Positions 19,386 through 30,365 are shown, numbered from the stretch's first letter. The stretch: 64,000 nt of DNA from a bacterium (GCA_029945665.1 JAQSCZ010000122.1:1868-65867), one strand, 5' to 3'. A program made the numbers and translations. Notes: generated by a model from the sequence alone, not told the origin.

Positions 19386-21782
19386 TTATTTTTTTAGTTT
19401 TTTGAAGAATTTAGCAATTTTACTCATTCTATTTTCGTTGTCATCTTCATAATAACCATACCCATAACCATTGCCATAGCCGTAATTATTTCCATATTTA
19501 CTGCCATAAGTATTCGTTCTATTGACATCATTAATAACGACTGAAAGGTTGGTATAATTCTTACTTTTATACAGATTATTGATATTATTAATTACAATTT
19601 CTTTCGAAAAACCAGAACGGACTACGTAGATTGATAAGTCGCATTTTTTAAACACGTTGTTAGCGTCTGTTACCAAGCCAATGGGAGGATTATCCGCCAT
19701 TATAATATCATAATCCTGATGTAAATTTTCTAATAAATCGTCAAATTCCTGCTTCAAAAGCAACTCATTCGGATTAGGAGGAATGGGGCCAGAAGTAATA
19801 AAGTCCAAATTTTTTAAGCTTGACTTATGAATGGTGTTTCGCCATTCGGAAATTCCAGAAAGGATTGAACTAATACCTTGATTATTTTCAACATTAAAAC
19901 CAACATGTATCTTTGGTTTACGCATATCCAAATCAAGCACTACAACCCTTTTACCTGTTAATGCTAATATTGCGGCGAAATTAATAGCAAAAAACGTTTT
20001 ACCTTCACCACTAATAGTCGATGTAACACCAAAAATTTGTTTAGATTTTTTCGGTAACATAAAATCCGAATTTGTTCTAATTGCTCTTAGAGATTCGCTA
20101 ATTGAAGACTTTGGGTTACCATCGACAACAAGCGTAGACGCTGGCATTTTCTTTTGATAGGTCGGAATAGAGCCTAAAATTGGTGCTATTAATCTATTTT
20201 CGATTTGTTTTTGAGAATAGATGACGTTCATTAATAAATATTTTATTAATATGAATAAAAGGATAGGCAAGACCCCAATAATAATAAACAAAGACCATAC
20301 TTTAGTTCTATTAGGAGAAATTGGATCATTAGAAACTGTAGCTTCGCTTAGAATAATAAACTCTGGAACCGTACCTGCCTTTGATATTTGATATTCTATT
20401 TGTTTTTCGACAAGTGAAAGGTAAAATTTCTCATATAATGAATTAAATCTTTTCAGGCGGTCAAATTCTGTTTTCTTAGAAGGCAAAGTCGAATACTTAT
20501 CCTTTAATTCAGCAATTTTTTTACTAATTAATGCTGTTTGCTCGGCTATATTTCTTTTATTTTCCTTTACAAAATTTAGAATTTGTGCTTTATTCATGGA
20601 GATCTCCAACTCGATTTTGCGATAAGGCAAAGTCACTTCTTTGTTTGAAATTTTGAGTAATTCTCTTTGTTTAAATAAATTATTCAATTCATTAATGCCG
20701 TTAGCAATATCCTTGTTTTCAATACCATATACCAATGGTACTATATTGTCCTTACTTTCATTTCTTTGAATAAATTCCAATATACCATCTGTAGATTGTG
20801 CAGTTTGACTAATTTCGAATTTATTCTTTTCTAATTCATCAATTTCCTTTGAAATTACTGAGAACTCTGCCTCTGGGGCAGATGTTCCTGATGATTTCAC
20901 AAAACTTTCGATTTCATTTTCATATTTATCAAGTTTATCGCTTGTTTCTTCAATTTGAGATTGAATATACAACAATGTTTGTTCTTGAGATTTTTGCTTT
21001 TTCTCCAAAGAGTGTTTTAGGTATACTGTATCAAATGCATTGACAATTACACGGGCTTTTTCTTTGTTAAAATCGGTAAGGGAAATTTGAATGGTTCGAG
21101 CCTCGTCATTGGAGGCAATAACACTCAGATTGCTGAGAATAGACGAAACAAGTGAATATTTACTATTCAGTCTAAAATAGTAATTCTTTTGGTCTTCAAT
21201 AGATGAAATTCCTTTGTCATGTAAAAGTGCAAATTTGAAATCACCCATAGTCACTATATCACCGATTTTATGTATTTCGCCTTCCTCATTATCATTGCCC
21301 ATTTCAGAAATTTGATAGTTTAAATTATCAATAAAAGTTACTGCAAAATTCCTATCATAAGGTGTATGAATGGGGTCAGAAATAATGTGAACTTTGAAAG
21401 GTGAACTTCTAAAAATTTCTGTTGTTTGGATATTACCAATCGCATAATAGGATATACTTAAATCAACGATGCGAAGCACATCCTGTGCCACCAAAGGCGA
21501 ACGAATCAATTCTATTTCACCCGATAGGTTATCATTTTGAACACTCGAGAGACTATTTAAGCCAACATTGGAGGCTTCTCTTTGAATTTCTAATTTAATC
21601 AAAGAAGAGGCCTTATAAACTGGCTTAGTATATTTTAAATAATAATGACTGCCAATTATTGAAATAATAATAGAGATGGGAATCCAATACCATTTTTTCT
21701 TAAGAATGAGAATAAGTTTTTGAACATCAAATTCAATATTTGCAGAACCGTTATTCTCGATATTTAAATTATCATCTTTCAT
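19386..21782 (-). CDS. wzc: Polysaccharide co-polymerase/tyrosine autokinase (Wzc/GumC-like)
   Basis: N-terminal Wzz-like periplasmic domain between two TM segments. Walker A 'SGEGKTFFAINFAAILA' and 'VVLDLDMRKPK'. C-terminal Tyr cluster 'GYGNGYGYGYYEDD'. Confidence 0.9.
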   Translation of the reverse strand: MKDDNLNIENNGSANIEFDVQKLILILKKKWYWIPISIIISIIGSHYYLKYTKPVYKASSLIKLEIQREASNVGLNSLSSVQNDNLSGEIELIRSPLVAQDVLRIVDLSISYYAIGNIQTTEIFRSSPFKVHIISDPIHTPYDRNFAVTFIDNLNYQISEMGNDNEEGEIHKIGDIVTMGDFKFALLHDKGISSIEDQKNYYFRLNSKYSLVSSILSNLSVIASNDEARTIQISLTDFNKEKARVIVNAFDTVYLKHSLEKKQKSQEQTLLYIQSQIEETSDKLDKYENEIESFVKSSGTSAPEAEFSVISKEIDELEKNKFEISQTAQSTDGILEFIQRNESKDNIVPLVYGIENKDIANGINELNNLFKQRELLKISNKEVTLPYRKIELEISMNKAQILNFVKENKRNIAEQTALISKKIAELKDKYSTLPSKKTEFDRLKRFNSLYEKFYLSLVEKQIEYQISKAGTVPEFIILSEATVSNDPISPNRTKVWSLFIIIGVLPILLFILIKYLLMNVIYSQKQIENRLIAPILGSIPTYQKKMPASTLVVDGNPKSSISESLRAIRTNSDFMLPKKSKQIFGVTSTISGEGKTFFAINFAAILALTGKRVVVLDLDMRKPKIHVGFNVENNQGISSILSGISEWRNTIHKSSLKNLDFITSGPIPPNPNELLLKQEFDDLLENLHQDYDIIMADNPPIGLVTDANNVFKKCDLSIYVVRSGFSKEIVINNINNLYKSKNYTNLSVVINDVNRTNTYGSKYGNNYGYGNGYGYGYYEDDNENRMSKIAKFFKKLKK

Positions 21783-22612
21783 TATTTAGACACTAGAGTA
21801 TTTACTAAAATTGAGAAGGTAACGAGTACTTGCACGATATTAATGATAAATACATTATCCCGAATACTTTCAGCAACAGGTCTTCTAACTGGTTCAATAT
21901 ATATAATATCGTCTGGTTTCAAGCTTATAATAGAATTTTTCATATCAGCAATTGTCCTCAAATTCACAATTTTAATTTCAGGATCTTTTAAATCCCCACG
22001 AATTATTCTGATATTGTAACCTTTTGAATTGTTATCAATTCCACCATACAAAGCAATTGCCTCTAAAAGGTTCATAGTTGGACTTGCAAAAGGGATAACT
22101 TGGCCGCCCTTACCGCCCAGAAAAATAATTTTTTTGTTTGCAACTTTAGAAATAACATAAACTTCGTTGTAATAGCTTTCATACTTAGCAGAGAGTAAAC
22201 TATCTAATTGAGATATTTTTAGGCCGAACACTTTTTGCTTACCAATTACGGGAAAATGACACATTCCATCAACAGATACTTCAAAAGATGGCTTATCAAT
22301 TGATACTGTATTTGCGTCACCAAAAGTAGAAGTAGCAATAAGTTTACCAGATGGATCAATGATTGATTCTCCAGAATTCGTATACAAGGTAAACTGAATT
22401 TTATCACCAACTTTTATAGGATAATCAATGATGGTTTTTTGATATTCTGATTTCCAATTTACTTCTTCATTTTCAGCTTTCAACAATACATTGGAAGTAT
22501 AAGATTTACAACCTGAAAAAAGAAAAATTGCTGCAATTAAAAAACCAACTGAATGCAATAATTTTACAATTGAATTGTCGGGCAAAGCTTTCGCTATTTT
22601 TTGAGGCTTCAT
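21782..22612 (-). CDS. wza: Polysaccharide export outer-membrane lipoprotein (Wza-like, Poly_export/SLBB)
   Basis: Lipobox '...LFSGCKS'. Poly_export/SLBB-like sequence. Overlaps wzc by 1 nt. Confidence 0.8.
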   Translation of the reverse strand: MKPQKIAKALPDNSIVKLLHSVGFLIAAIFLFSGCKSYTSNVLLKAENEEVNWKSEYQKTIIDYPIKVGDKIQFTLYTNSGESIIDPSGKLIATSTFGDANTVSIDKPSFEVSVDGMCHFPVIGKQKVFGLKISQLDSLLSAKYESYYNEVYVISKVANKKIIFLGGKGGQVIPFASPTMNLLEAIALYGGIDNNSKGYNIRIIRGDLKDPEIKIVNLRTIADMKNSIISLKPDDIIYIEPVRRPVAESIRDNVFIINIVQVLVTFSILVNTLVSK

Positions 22613-23472
22613 TTTTTTAATAGTTTAATTAAATATTCTCCATATCCGCTTTTTATAAGCGGCAAGGCAATTTTCTCTAATTGGGCACCATCAATATAAC
22701 CCATTCGCCATGCAACTTCTTCAATGCTTCCAATTTTCCAACCTTGGCGTTCTTCTATCACTTGAACAAACTGGCCGGCTTGCATAAGACTATTAAAAGT
22801 ACCAGTATCCAACCAGGCAGTTCCACGCTGCAATATTCCAACTTTTAATTTTCCTAGTCTCAAATATTCTTTGTTAACATCCGTAATCTCATACTCACCA
22901 CGTGGCGATGGCTTTAAATTTTTGGCTATTTCTACCACATCATTATCATAAAAATACAAACCAGGTACAGCATAATTAGATTTTGGTTCAAGGGGTTTTT
23001 CTTCAATGCTTATGGCCACATTATTTTCATCAAACTCAACAACGCCATATCTTTCTGGATCGCTCACATGATAGGCATAAATTACACCACCAGTTGGGTT
23101 GTTGTTAGATTGCAGGAGTGATTGAAGTGACGAACCAAAGAAAATATTATCTCCTAAAATAAGGGCCACTTTTTCTTTGCCAATAAACTTCTCTCCAATT
23201 ACAAATGCTTGCGCTAAACCATTGGGTATGGCTTGTTCTGCATAGGTAAATTCGCAACCTAATTGTTTACCATCCCCTAATAATTTTTGAAAATGCGGTA
23301 AATCATGCGGTGTTGATATAATTAATATTTCTTTAATACCTGCCATCATTAGTGTAGATAACGGATAGTAAATCATTGGTTTATCATAAACAGGCATCAT
23401 TTGTTTACTAATGGCAAGTGTTAATGGATGTAATCTGGTTCCACTGCCGCCCGCTAATATTATTCCTTTCAT
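22609..23472 (-). CDS. rfbA: Glucose-1-phosphate thymidylyltransferase
   Basis: '[18 protein letters not shown]' N-terminus. 287 aa. Confidence 0.95.
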   Translation of the reverse strand: MKGIILAGGSGTRLHPLTLAISKQMMPVYDKPMIYYPLSTLMMAGIKEILIISTPHDLPHFQKLLGDGKQLGCEFTYAEQAIPNGLAQAFVIGEKFIGKEKVALILGDNIFFGSSLQSLLQSNNNPTGGVIYAYHVSDPERYGVVEFDENNVAISIEEKPLEPKSNYAVPGLYFYDNDVVEIAKNLKPSPRGEYEITDVNKEYLRLGKLKVGILQRGTAWLDTGTFNSLMQAGQFVQVIEERQGWKIGSIEEVAWRMGYIDGAQLEKIALPLIKSGYGEYLIKLLKK

Positions 23473-23492
23473 GTGTATTATATCTTTAATTT

Positions 23493-24548
23493 TTATCTAC
23501 TTGCATACATGGCTTGATAGTATTGCTGGTAGTTGCCAGTGGTAACATTCGTAAGCCAATCTTGATTGGATAGATACCAATCTACTGTTTTTTCTAACCC
23601 TTGCTCAAATGTAACGGAGGGCTCCCATCCCAATTCATTCATTAGTTTACTTGCATCGATGGCATATCTAAAATCATGACCCGCTCTGTCAGTCACATAG
23701 CTAATTAATTTTTCAGATTCGCCTAGTTCTCTTCCTAATTTATGATCCATCAGTTGACATAGAAATTTCACCAATTGGATATTTTGCCATTCGTTATTCC
23801 CACCAATATTGTATGTTTCACCATTTCTTCCTTTGTGAAAAATATCGTCAATAGCACGCGCATGATCCTCAACAAATAACCAATCTCTCACATTTTCACC
23901 TTTGCCATAAACAGGAAGTGGTTTATTGTGCATGATATTGTTTATCATTAATGGGATTAATTTTTCAGGAAAATGATGAGACCCATAATTATTGCTACAG
24001 TTAGATATTTTCACCTGCATTCCATAGGTATGGTGATAGGCTCTCACAAAGTGATCGCTTGAAGCTTTTGAGGCTGAATAAGGTGAATTAGGGCTATATG
24101 CTGTGGTTTCCAAAAATTTACCCTCATCTCCTAGTTGACCATATACCTCATCGGTGCTTACATGGTAAAATATTTTATCCGCAAATTGATTGTGCCATAT
24201 ACTTTTAGCCGCATTCAATAAATTTACTGTTCCAACAACATTAGTTAATACAAACTCAAGCGGATTTGAAATAGAACGGTCAACATGCGATTCTGCTGCT
24301 AAATGAATAACGGCATCAAATTGAAGATTATGAAACAACTGATTGATAAAATCTCCATCTGTAATATCCCCTTTAACAAAATGATAATTTGATTTATTTT
24401 CTACATCTTTAAGATTCTCGAGATTACCCGCGTAGGTTAATTTATCTAAATTATATATTTCATATTCAGAATAATTATTTACGAACCTGCGAACCACATG
24501 CGAGCCAATAAAACCGGCTCCTCCAGTTATTAATATTTTTTTTGTCAT
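23493..24548 (-). CDS. rfbB: dTDP-glucose 4,6-dehydratase
   Basis: '[15 protein letters not shown]' Rossmann fold, the '[10 protein letters not shown]' catalytic YxxxK, 351 aa. Confidence 0.95.
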   Translation of the reverse strand: MTKKILITGGAGFIGSHVVRRFVNNYSEYEIYNLDKLTYAGNLENLKDVENKSNYHFVKGDITDGDFINQLFHNLQFDAVIHLAAESHVDRSISNPLEFVLTNVVGTVNLLNAAKSIWHNQFADKIFYHVSTDEVYGQLGDEGKFLETTAYSPNSPYSASKASSDHFVRAYHHTYGMQVKISNCSNNYGSHHFPEKLIPLMINNIMHNKPLPVYGKGENVRDWLFVEDHARAIDDIFHKGRNGETYNIGGNNEWQNIQLVKFLCQLMDHKLGRELGESEKLISYVTDRAGHDFRYAIDASKLMNELGWEPSVTFEQGLEKTVDWYLSNQDWLTNVTTGNYQQYYQAMYASR

Positions 24549-24569
24549 AGCAAATACTTTAAATGTTAT

Positions 24570-25364
24570 TTATAATAAATCCTCAAGATACATATCAAAT
24601 ATTAAAGTAGCATTTGGTGGTATTACTCCGGGATATCCCTTTTCGCCATAAGCTAGGTATGCTGGTATAATTACTCTAACCTTCATTCCTTTATTCATCA
24701 AAGGCAATATCTCTATCCAACCACCAATAACGCCTGCGCCAACTACTGGCAATTTAAAAGGTTCAAAAGTTCCGAAATTACCATCGAATTTTACCCCATT
24801 TTCCAAATATCCTGCATAATAAATCATGGCGGTTTGACCTTCTTTTGCTTTGTTGTTTTTATCGCCTGGGCTGATTACAATATATTTGAGCCCAGATTTT
24901 AATTTCACGGTATCTTTCCCTTTTCCACTGTATGCTGTATATGCAACAGGCTTTTTAACATTCACCAACTCAACTTCGAATATCAAAGTTGAATTCGGTG
25001 GTATATCGCCTAAATCTTGACTGCCATAGCCTAAGCCCGAGGGGATAATTAAGGTTGCTGTCTCACCTGTTTTCAAATAAGAAAAACCTTCATCCCAGCC
25101 AGGAATTACTTGCTGAGCACCAAGTGTAAAAGAAAAAGTTTGATTGCGGTCTTTTGAACTATCAAATTTTTTGCCGTTGGTTAATGTACCGGTATAATGC
25201 GCTTCAATTTGATCTCCAGCAGCAGGCACAATGCCTTTTGGATTCTTTTTAGTTATTACATACCGTAAGCCAGTTTTGGTTGTAACAGTGTCATTTTTTA
25301 CACCCTCGGCATTTATTAAACCGAAAGCCATCATTAACAATAAAAGGTTGATCGTTTTTTTCAT
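24570..25364 (-). CDS. FKBP-type peptidyl-prolyl cis-trans isomerase, two FKBP domains, secreted
   Basis: Signal peptide. Two FKBP modules ('HYTGTLTNGKKFDSS...LIFEVELV' and 'IYYAGYLENGVKFDGN...LIFDMYL'). Confidence 0.85.
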   Translation of the reverse strand: MKKTINLLLLMMAFGLINAEGVKNDTVTTKTGLRYVITKKNPKGIVPAAGDQIEAHYTGTLTNGKKFDSSKDRNQTFSFTLGAQQVIPGWDEGFSYLKTGETATLIIPSGLGYGSQDLGDIPPNSTLIFEVELVNVKKPVAYTAYSGKGKDTVKLKSGLKYIVISPGDKNNKAKEGQTAMIYYAGYLENGVKFDGNFGTFEPFKLPVVGAGVIGGWIEILPLMNKGMKVRVIIPAYLAYGEKGYPGVIPPNATLIFDMYLEDLL

Positions 25365-26234
25365 TTATTCTACTTTTAAAATATTTATTTCATAAACAAG
25401 GGTTGAAAATGGGGGAATCATTAAATCTACACCTTTGGCTCCAAAACCTAAGTCGTAGGGCAAAATAAAGGTGGCTTTTTCACCCGCTTTCATTTTAAGT
25501 AACATATCAAACATTCCAACAGGTTGGAACTGTTCGCGCGTTACTCTGATAATTTGTGGTTGTCCCATGGTATAGGTGTTATAGAACTCTGTATCATCAA
25601 ACAATTTGCCAATAAAATGAAATTTAACAATGCTATTTTCATGAATAAATTTAGCAGTATCTGCATTGGCTTTTGCATGAAATTGAGAGCGAATACCCGT
25701 TGAGGAATCAAGTTCCATTGTTAATCCTTTACGCTTGGTATAGGCAATAATGTTTTCTACCTCAGCATTCCAACGGACAATTTTTTCGGTATTGATTACA
25801 CTATCTACTTGGTATTTATTCATTTTTCTATCCATTTTAATGATAAATTTCAAATCACTGCCAGGTTTAATATAATTGGGAAGCGACATTTCCATTCGCG
25901 TTTTATAGAAAAAGGAATCAGCATTTATTAAAAATTGTGCACTATCACCTTCGGCCAGTATACCTAGCGCTTCCATGATATCACCTCCCTTATGGGTTGG
26001 CATTACCAGTAGTATTCTATCTGGGGTTCTATTAAAGTTACTATAAACCACAGAGTCTTCCGAATTTGTTATGCTATAATAACATTGCAAATAATCGCCA
26101 ATGGAAGGCAGGGTTGTTTTTTCTCCTCGCTTTAGGAATTTAAAACGCAATCCACTTTCTGTTTTTGAATACTTGCCACAAGCACTCAAACCGATAAAAA
26201 CGGCAATAAGTATGCTGAATTGATATTTATGCAT
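25365..26234 (-). CDS. FKBP-type peptidyl-prolyl isomerase lipoprotein (GldI-like candidate)
   Basis: Lipobox 'IGLSACGK'. C-terminal FKBP domain '...FILPYDLGFGAKG...LVYEINILKV'. Tandem with the preceding FKBP gene. F. johnsoniae GldI is an FKBP lipoprotein; orthology is not established. Confidence 0.7.
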   Translation of the reverse strand: MHKYQFSILIAVFIGLSACGKYSKTESGLRFKFLKRGEKTTLPSIGDYLQCYYSITNSEDSVVYSNFNRTPDRILLVMPTHKGGDIMEALGILAEGDSAQFLINADSFFYKTRMEMSLPNYIKPGSDLKFIIKMDRKMNKYQVDSVINTEKIVRWNAEVENIIAYTKRKGLTMELDSSTGIRSQFHAKANADTAKFIHENSIVKFHFIGKLFDDTEFYNTYTMGQPQIIRVTREQFQPVGMFDMLLKMKAGEKATFILPYDLGFGAKGVDLMIPPFSTLVYEINILKVE

Positions 26235-27246
26235 TGAGTTCTTTTAGATATAATTTTAAACTATCTTTCACTTGTTGTATTGTTTCTTCCAATGAAGCGG
26301 TGCTGCTTCCACCTGCAGCATTAAAATGCCCGCCACCGTTAAAATGATTCCTAGCAAATGCATTGGCCGCAAAATCACCTTTACTTCTGAAACTCATCTT
26401 AACCAATTTTGTTCTATCGATAATCAAGATGGCAAATTTAATACCTTCTATGCCTAATCCATAATTTACCAATCCTTCTGTATCACCTGTTTGAATTTTA
26501 AATTGTTTTAATTCTTCTCTGTTAATACTAATGATGGCCGTTTTATATTCTCTTAAAATTTCTAATTTTTTATTTAGTGCATAGCCAATAAACCGCACGC
26601 GGTCTTCAGTAAAACTATCAAAAACCAGATCGTGTATTGCTACATGATCGATACCATAATCCATTAAATCAGCTGCTATTCTGTGTGTATTACTGCTGCA
26701 GTTACTATGTCTAAAAGACCCGGTATCTGTCATAATTCCAGTATAAAGACACGCCGCACAATCTTTATCAAGGTATTGATGATTATTACTTTCCACAATA
26801 AAACGGTAAACAAGTTCACAAGTACTGCTGGCTTTATCATCCCAATAGGTGAGTTGTTCGAAACCTTGAGGAAACTGATGGTGATCCATCAATATTTTTA
26901 TTGCATTGCTTTTACCTACTGCTTCTCCAAATTCGTTAATTCTTGACAGATCATTAAAATCAAGACAAAAAATAAAATCTGCATTCATAGCAAGCTCGGT
27001 AGCAACTTCCTCATTTTCCTCGAAAATTACAACCTCTTGGCTGCCTTTCATCCAATGTAAAAAAGACGCAAAATCTGTTGGTGTTACAACGGTTGAGTGG
27101 ATTCCATGATTTTTTAAAAAAATTTGTAAGCCAAGACTTGATCCCATTGCATCTGCATCGGGTTTATGATGCGTAGTGATAACAACCTTTGGGGAGTTAA
27201 TGGATTGAATTGCACGGAGAATATCTGAAGCTTGGTGATTTGACAT
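26227..27246 (-). CDS. nrnA: DHH/DHHA1 phosphoesterase (NrnA-type oligoribonuclease / pAp phosphatase)
   Basis: DHH motif 'HHKPDADAMGS' and the DHHA1 'GGGHFNAAGG' motif. Confidence 0.85.
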   Translation of the reverse strand: MSNHQASDILRAIQSINSPKVVITTHHKPDADAMGSSLGLQIFLKNHGIHSTVVTPTDFASFLHWMKGSQEVVIFEENEEVATELAMNADFIFCLDFNDLSRINEFGEAVGKSNAIKILMDHHQFPQGFEQLTYWDDKASSTCELVYRFIVESNNHQYLDKDCAACLYTGIMTDTGSFRHSNCSSNTHRIAADLMDYGIDHVAIHDLVFDSFTEDRVRFIGYALNKKLEILREYKTAIISINREELKQFKIQTGDTEGLVNYGLGIEGIKFAILIIDRTKLVKMSFRSKGDFAANAFARNHFNGGGHFNAAGGSSTASLEETIQQVKDSLKLYLKELNA

Positions 27247-27605
27247 TAATTTGAACTTGCAAATATGCTTAAATATACGTTATCTGTGGTATTTTTTTTC
27301 GCCCAAAAGGTCAGTTTTTACTGACCAATGGCTTATTTATAAGACATTCGTTTGGTCGAATATTTTATTTCGACCCTGTAAAAGCAAATTTAGCACCGAG
27401 GCCAAAGACTATTTTCAGTTTAATTATTCAAAATATTTGTTAAAACGGCGTATTAATGTTGAATTAACTTAATATTTCGCCCATACATATACTGCATAAA
27501 AAGCGTTTATATATCTGAATATGTGCGATTTACAAATTTATCCCCTTTTCAACTTGTTGATTTCTACACTTTTTTATATATTTCACTTTTAAAAACTACT
27601 AAACT

Positions 27606-28520
27606 TTGATTAAAAAATCATCTGTTTTTTTCCTTTTTTGTTTATTATTTATCTATTCCTGCTCGAAAAAAGAGGAAAAGATAATACCCAACAATGTGCC
27701 CTTAAATTATGAAGATGTTCCGACTGTAAAGGTAGAAAATTATATCAATAGAATATACATCGACCTATTAGGTCGTGAACCCTTAAACATAGAAAAAATA
27801 AGAGATGTAGCATTATTGCGCGATGGTAAATTAGGGTTTGATATCAGAAAACAATTGATCACAAGATTGATGACGGATTCGATATATGTACCTGGAGATT
27901 CTTCGTATAAAAGAGCCTATTACCAAAGATTATATGACTTATCAAAGGCTCGACTTTTAGAAGGTGCTGAAGACAACGAATTTGAAAGTCAAATTGGCAT
28001 TGCTCAATTTGGACTAATTTCTTCGCGTTTATTAGGGGATTCCATTGGTGTTTTCTCAGCCATGGTAACGATTGATAGATGCAAAAATGTTTTACGGGCT
28101 AGGAGAGCCTATCAATTAGGGCTTATTGACATTAATCAAATGTATGCATATATGCTAAACAATCCAATCTATGACGTTACCAATATGAATTCTCTCAATT
28201 TTGTAAATGCATCATTTGATGATTTGTTCTTTAGATTTCCAATACGTGATGAATTTAGTATTGCATTTGATATCATCGAAACAGGAAAAGGAGGCAGTTT
28301 GTTTGGAGGGTTTGCCTCGAACAAATCGGAATATTGCCAATTGCTCGTAGATTCAAGAGAGTTTCATGAAGGTATGATTAAGTGGTGCTATTTAGCGCTG
28401 ATTGGCAGAGAGCCAACAACTCAGGAAACCTATAATTTAATGGTTGATTATTACCCAACAAAGAATCTTCAAAAAGTACAAACCCTAATATTAATGACAG
28501 ATGAGTATGCGCATTTTTAA
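27606..28520 (+). CDS. Lipoprotein with two DUF1549/PSCyt2-like 'GREP(T)' motifs
   Basis: A TTG start gives MIKKSSVFFLFCLLFIYSCSKK (lipobox). Motifs 'RIYIDLLGREPLNIEKI' and 'CYLALIGREPTTQETYNLM' resemble the R-x-x-LDL-x-GL-PPT-x-EE motif I recall for DUF1549. Confidence 0.45.
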   Translation: MIKKSSVFFLFCLLFIYSCSKKEEKIIPNNVPLNYEDVPTVKVENYINRIYIDLLGREPLNIEKIRDVALLRDGKLGFDIRKQLITRLMTDSIYVPGDSSYKRAYYQRLYDLSKARLLEGAEDNEFESQIGIAQFGLISSRLLGDSIGVFSAMVTIDRCKNVLRARRAYQLGLIDINQMYAYMLNNPIYDVTNMNSLNFVNASFDDLFFRFPIRDEFSIAFDIIETGKGGSLFGGFASNKSEYCQLLVDSREFHEGMIKWCYLALIGREPTTQETYNLMVDYYPTKNLQKVQTLILMTDEYAHF

Positions 28521-29004
28521 AACACTTTTATCAGTTTTGTTTTTAATGCTCTTTTTGCAATGCACTAAGAATAAAAACACAAACTACGAAATTGTAGAAA
28601 CAGCCTCTTATGGGGATAATTTAAATAAAGACAAAGACAAAACAAATATTGAATTTCACAGTATTTTAAGCACAAATTTATTTCAAAAACCTTCATCAAT
28701 CAATGAGTTAACAAGAACTGATCGCGTGATTCAAAGTTGTGGTGATAAAACCTTAATCAACGAAGTCATTATTAGTAATTACATGAATTCAAATCAAGTA
28801 ATTTTACCAAGCAGACGAAGAATGATTGATAGCACTGAACGTTTTGTAGAAGAAACCTATATTAGATTTTTTATTAGACGACCAACCCAAGCAGAAAAAA
28901 CTTGGTTTATTAACTTTATTAACGCCAATGCATCTAATCCAAGTTTTCGCCCTGAATTGGTGTACACGGCATTTTCCGCCTCTGATGAATATATGTTTTA
29001 TTAA
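28501..29004 (+). CDS. Secreted/lipoprotein paralogous module with a third 'RRPTQAEK' motif
   Basis: Signal 'MSMRIFKTLLSVLFLMLFLQCTKN' and motif 'TYIRFFIRRPTQAEKTWFINFI'. Overlaps the upstream gene by 20 nt in another frame. Confidence 0.4.
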   Translation: MSMRIFKTLLSVLFLMLFLQCTKNKNTNYEIVETASYGDNLNKDKDKTNIEFHSILSTNLFQKPSSINELTRTDRVIQSCGDKTLINEVIISNYMNSNQVILPSRRRMIDSTERFVEETYIRFFIRRPTQAEKTWFINFINANASNPSFRPELVYTAFSASDEYMFY

Positions 29005-29025
29005 TTTTCCCAAAAGCAACATAAA

Positions 29026-30363
29026 ATGAAAAGAAGAGAATTTGTAAAGAAAACAGCCGCTTTAACAGCCGGAAGCCTAGTAATACCCTATATATTGCCT
29101 TCAGGAAGTTTATTTGCCCAAACCAACGCCCCATTGGCCGAACATGTTGTTTACGTTTTATTCGGCGGAGGATTAAGACAACAAGATTCCATCCTTCAGC
29201 GTTACTTAGCTGATAGTCAAAATTTTAATGTAGGCGGTAATATACTCTACAACATGCTAGAAGGAGCTCCACCAACGAGCAAAATCGCCTACGGCACAAC
29301 ACCTGCTGGGCAGCCGGACGGCATTCAACCGATACCTAAAATTTTATCCCAAACTCTTCAAAAACAAGGGACCATTTTTGCCGAAATGAGAGCTATTTCT
29401 GGTGGTCATTATGGAGGGCTAAATTCACTTATAACGGGTTCAAGAGTTGAAGGACAAGGCTTAAAAGTTCGACCAATAAATCCAACTGTTTTTGAATATG
29501 CCAGAAGATTTGGTGGTTTTAAAGCCACGGATACTTGGTTTATTGGAAACACCATCGGTAACTCTGTGCCTCTTCTGAATTCAAGTAAACATCCTGATTT
29601 TGGCTTAACCTATGGTGGCAATTTTTTTGCTCCCAATATAACTTTCGGAAGCGACGGTTACGCAGCACTCTCGAATGCAAAAATTTATCATCCACAAGAA
29701 GAACTTGAACCAATGTACAAAATGAAGAACTTTTTAGATAATTCATTTAACATAAAAAAAGGCGACATGCCAGGTATCCGCAATACTGATGCTGAACGAA
29801 CTCAAATAAAAGAATTCATAGCGAATACTTTCAAAAATCAAGCTTCAGGGCAGTTGCCAATGCCCCCAGTTAGTGGAGGCGATGGCACGACAATAGGTTA
29901 TGCAGCAGAAGTTCTTAAAGTTTTCAAACCTAAACTTCTGGTCGTTAATATGAGTAATATTGATGGTTGTCATGGCAATTTTACTGGCTATTTACAAGCC
30001 ATGCACAGAGCAGATCATGCCCTTGGTTTTCTTTGGAATTATATTCAATCAATTCCTGAAATGAAAGATAAAACAATTATGTGTTTTGTTCCAGAATGTG
30101 GTAGAAATTTAAAACACAATCCCATAATCGACCAAAATGATTGGTATGGTTACGACCATGGAGACGCCAACTCTTTGCGTGTATTTGGTGGCATGGTAGG
30201 ACCAAATGTTCAGAGTAACCTTATGGTTGGATCTGAATCTAATCCCATTGGTGTAGTTACTGATTTTAATTTAACCATTGCAGAAATTTTAGGTTATAAA
30301 AGCGATGTCATGGATGCGGGATTAATTGATGGCAATGCAAAAAGTTTATTTGATAGAATCTAA
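29026..30363 (+). CDS. Tat-secreted DUF1501 family (sulfatase/alkaline-phosphatase-like fold) protein
   Basis: Twin-arginine signal 'MKRREFVKKTAALTAGSLVIP...AQ'. ~445 aa. The size and Tat leader are typical of DUF1501 proteins, which are usually paired with DUF1549/DUF1553 or DUF1800 partners. Confidence 0.6.
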   Translation: MKRREFVKKTAALTAGSLVIPYILPSGSLFAQTNAPLAEHVVYVLFGGGLRQQDSILQRYLADSQNFNVGGNILYNMLEGAPPTSKIAYGTTPAGQPDGIQPIPKILSQTLQKQGTIFAEMRAISGGHYGGLNSLITGSRVEGQGLKVRPINPTVFEYARRFGGFKATDTWFIGNTIGNSVPLLNSSKHPDFGLTYGGNFFAPNITFGSDGYAALSNAKIYHPQEELEPMYKMKNFLDNSFNIKKGDMPGIRNTDAERTQIKEFIANTFKNQASGQLPMPPVSGGDGTTIGYAAEVLKVFKPKLLVVNMSNIDGCHGNFTGYLQAMHRADHALGFLWNYIQSIPEMKDKTIMCFVPECGRNLKHNPIIDQNDWYGYDHGDANSLRVFGGMVGPNVQSNLMVGSESNPIGVVTDFNLTIAEILGYKSDVMDAGLIDGNAKSLFDRI

Positions 30364-30365
30364 AT

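Noticed and set aside
27606-29004. The two tandem lipoprotein ORFs as a single frameshifted DUF1800-type gene.
   Set aside because: The downstream ORF has its own hydrophobic signal sequence and lipobox-like Cys. That is unexpected for the C-terminal half of a frameshifted protein. Kept as two genes, but flagged.
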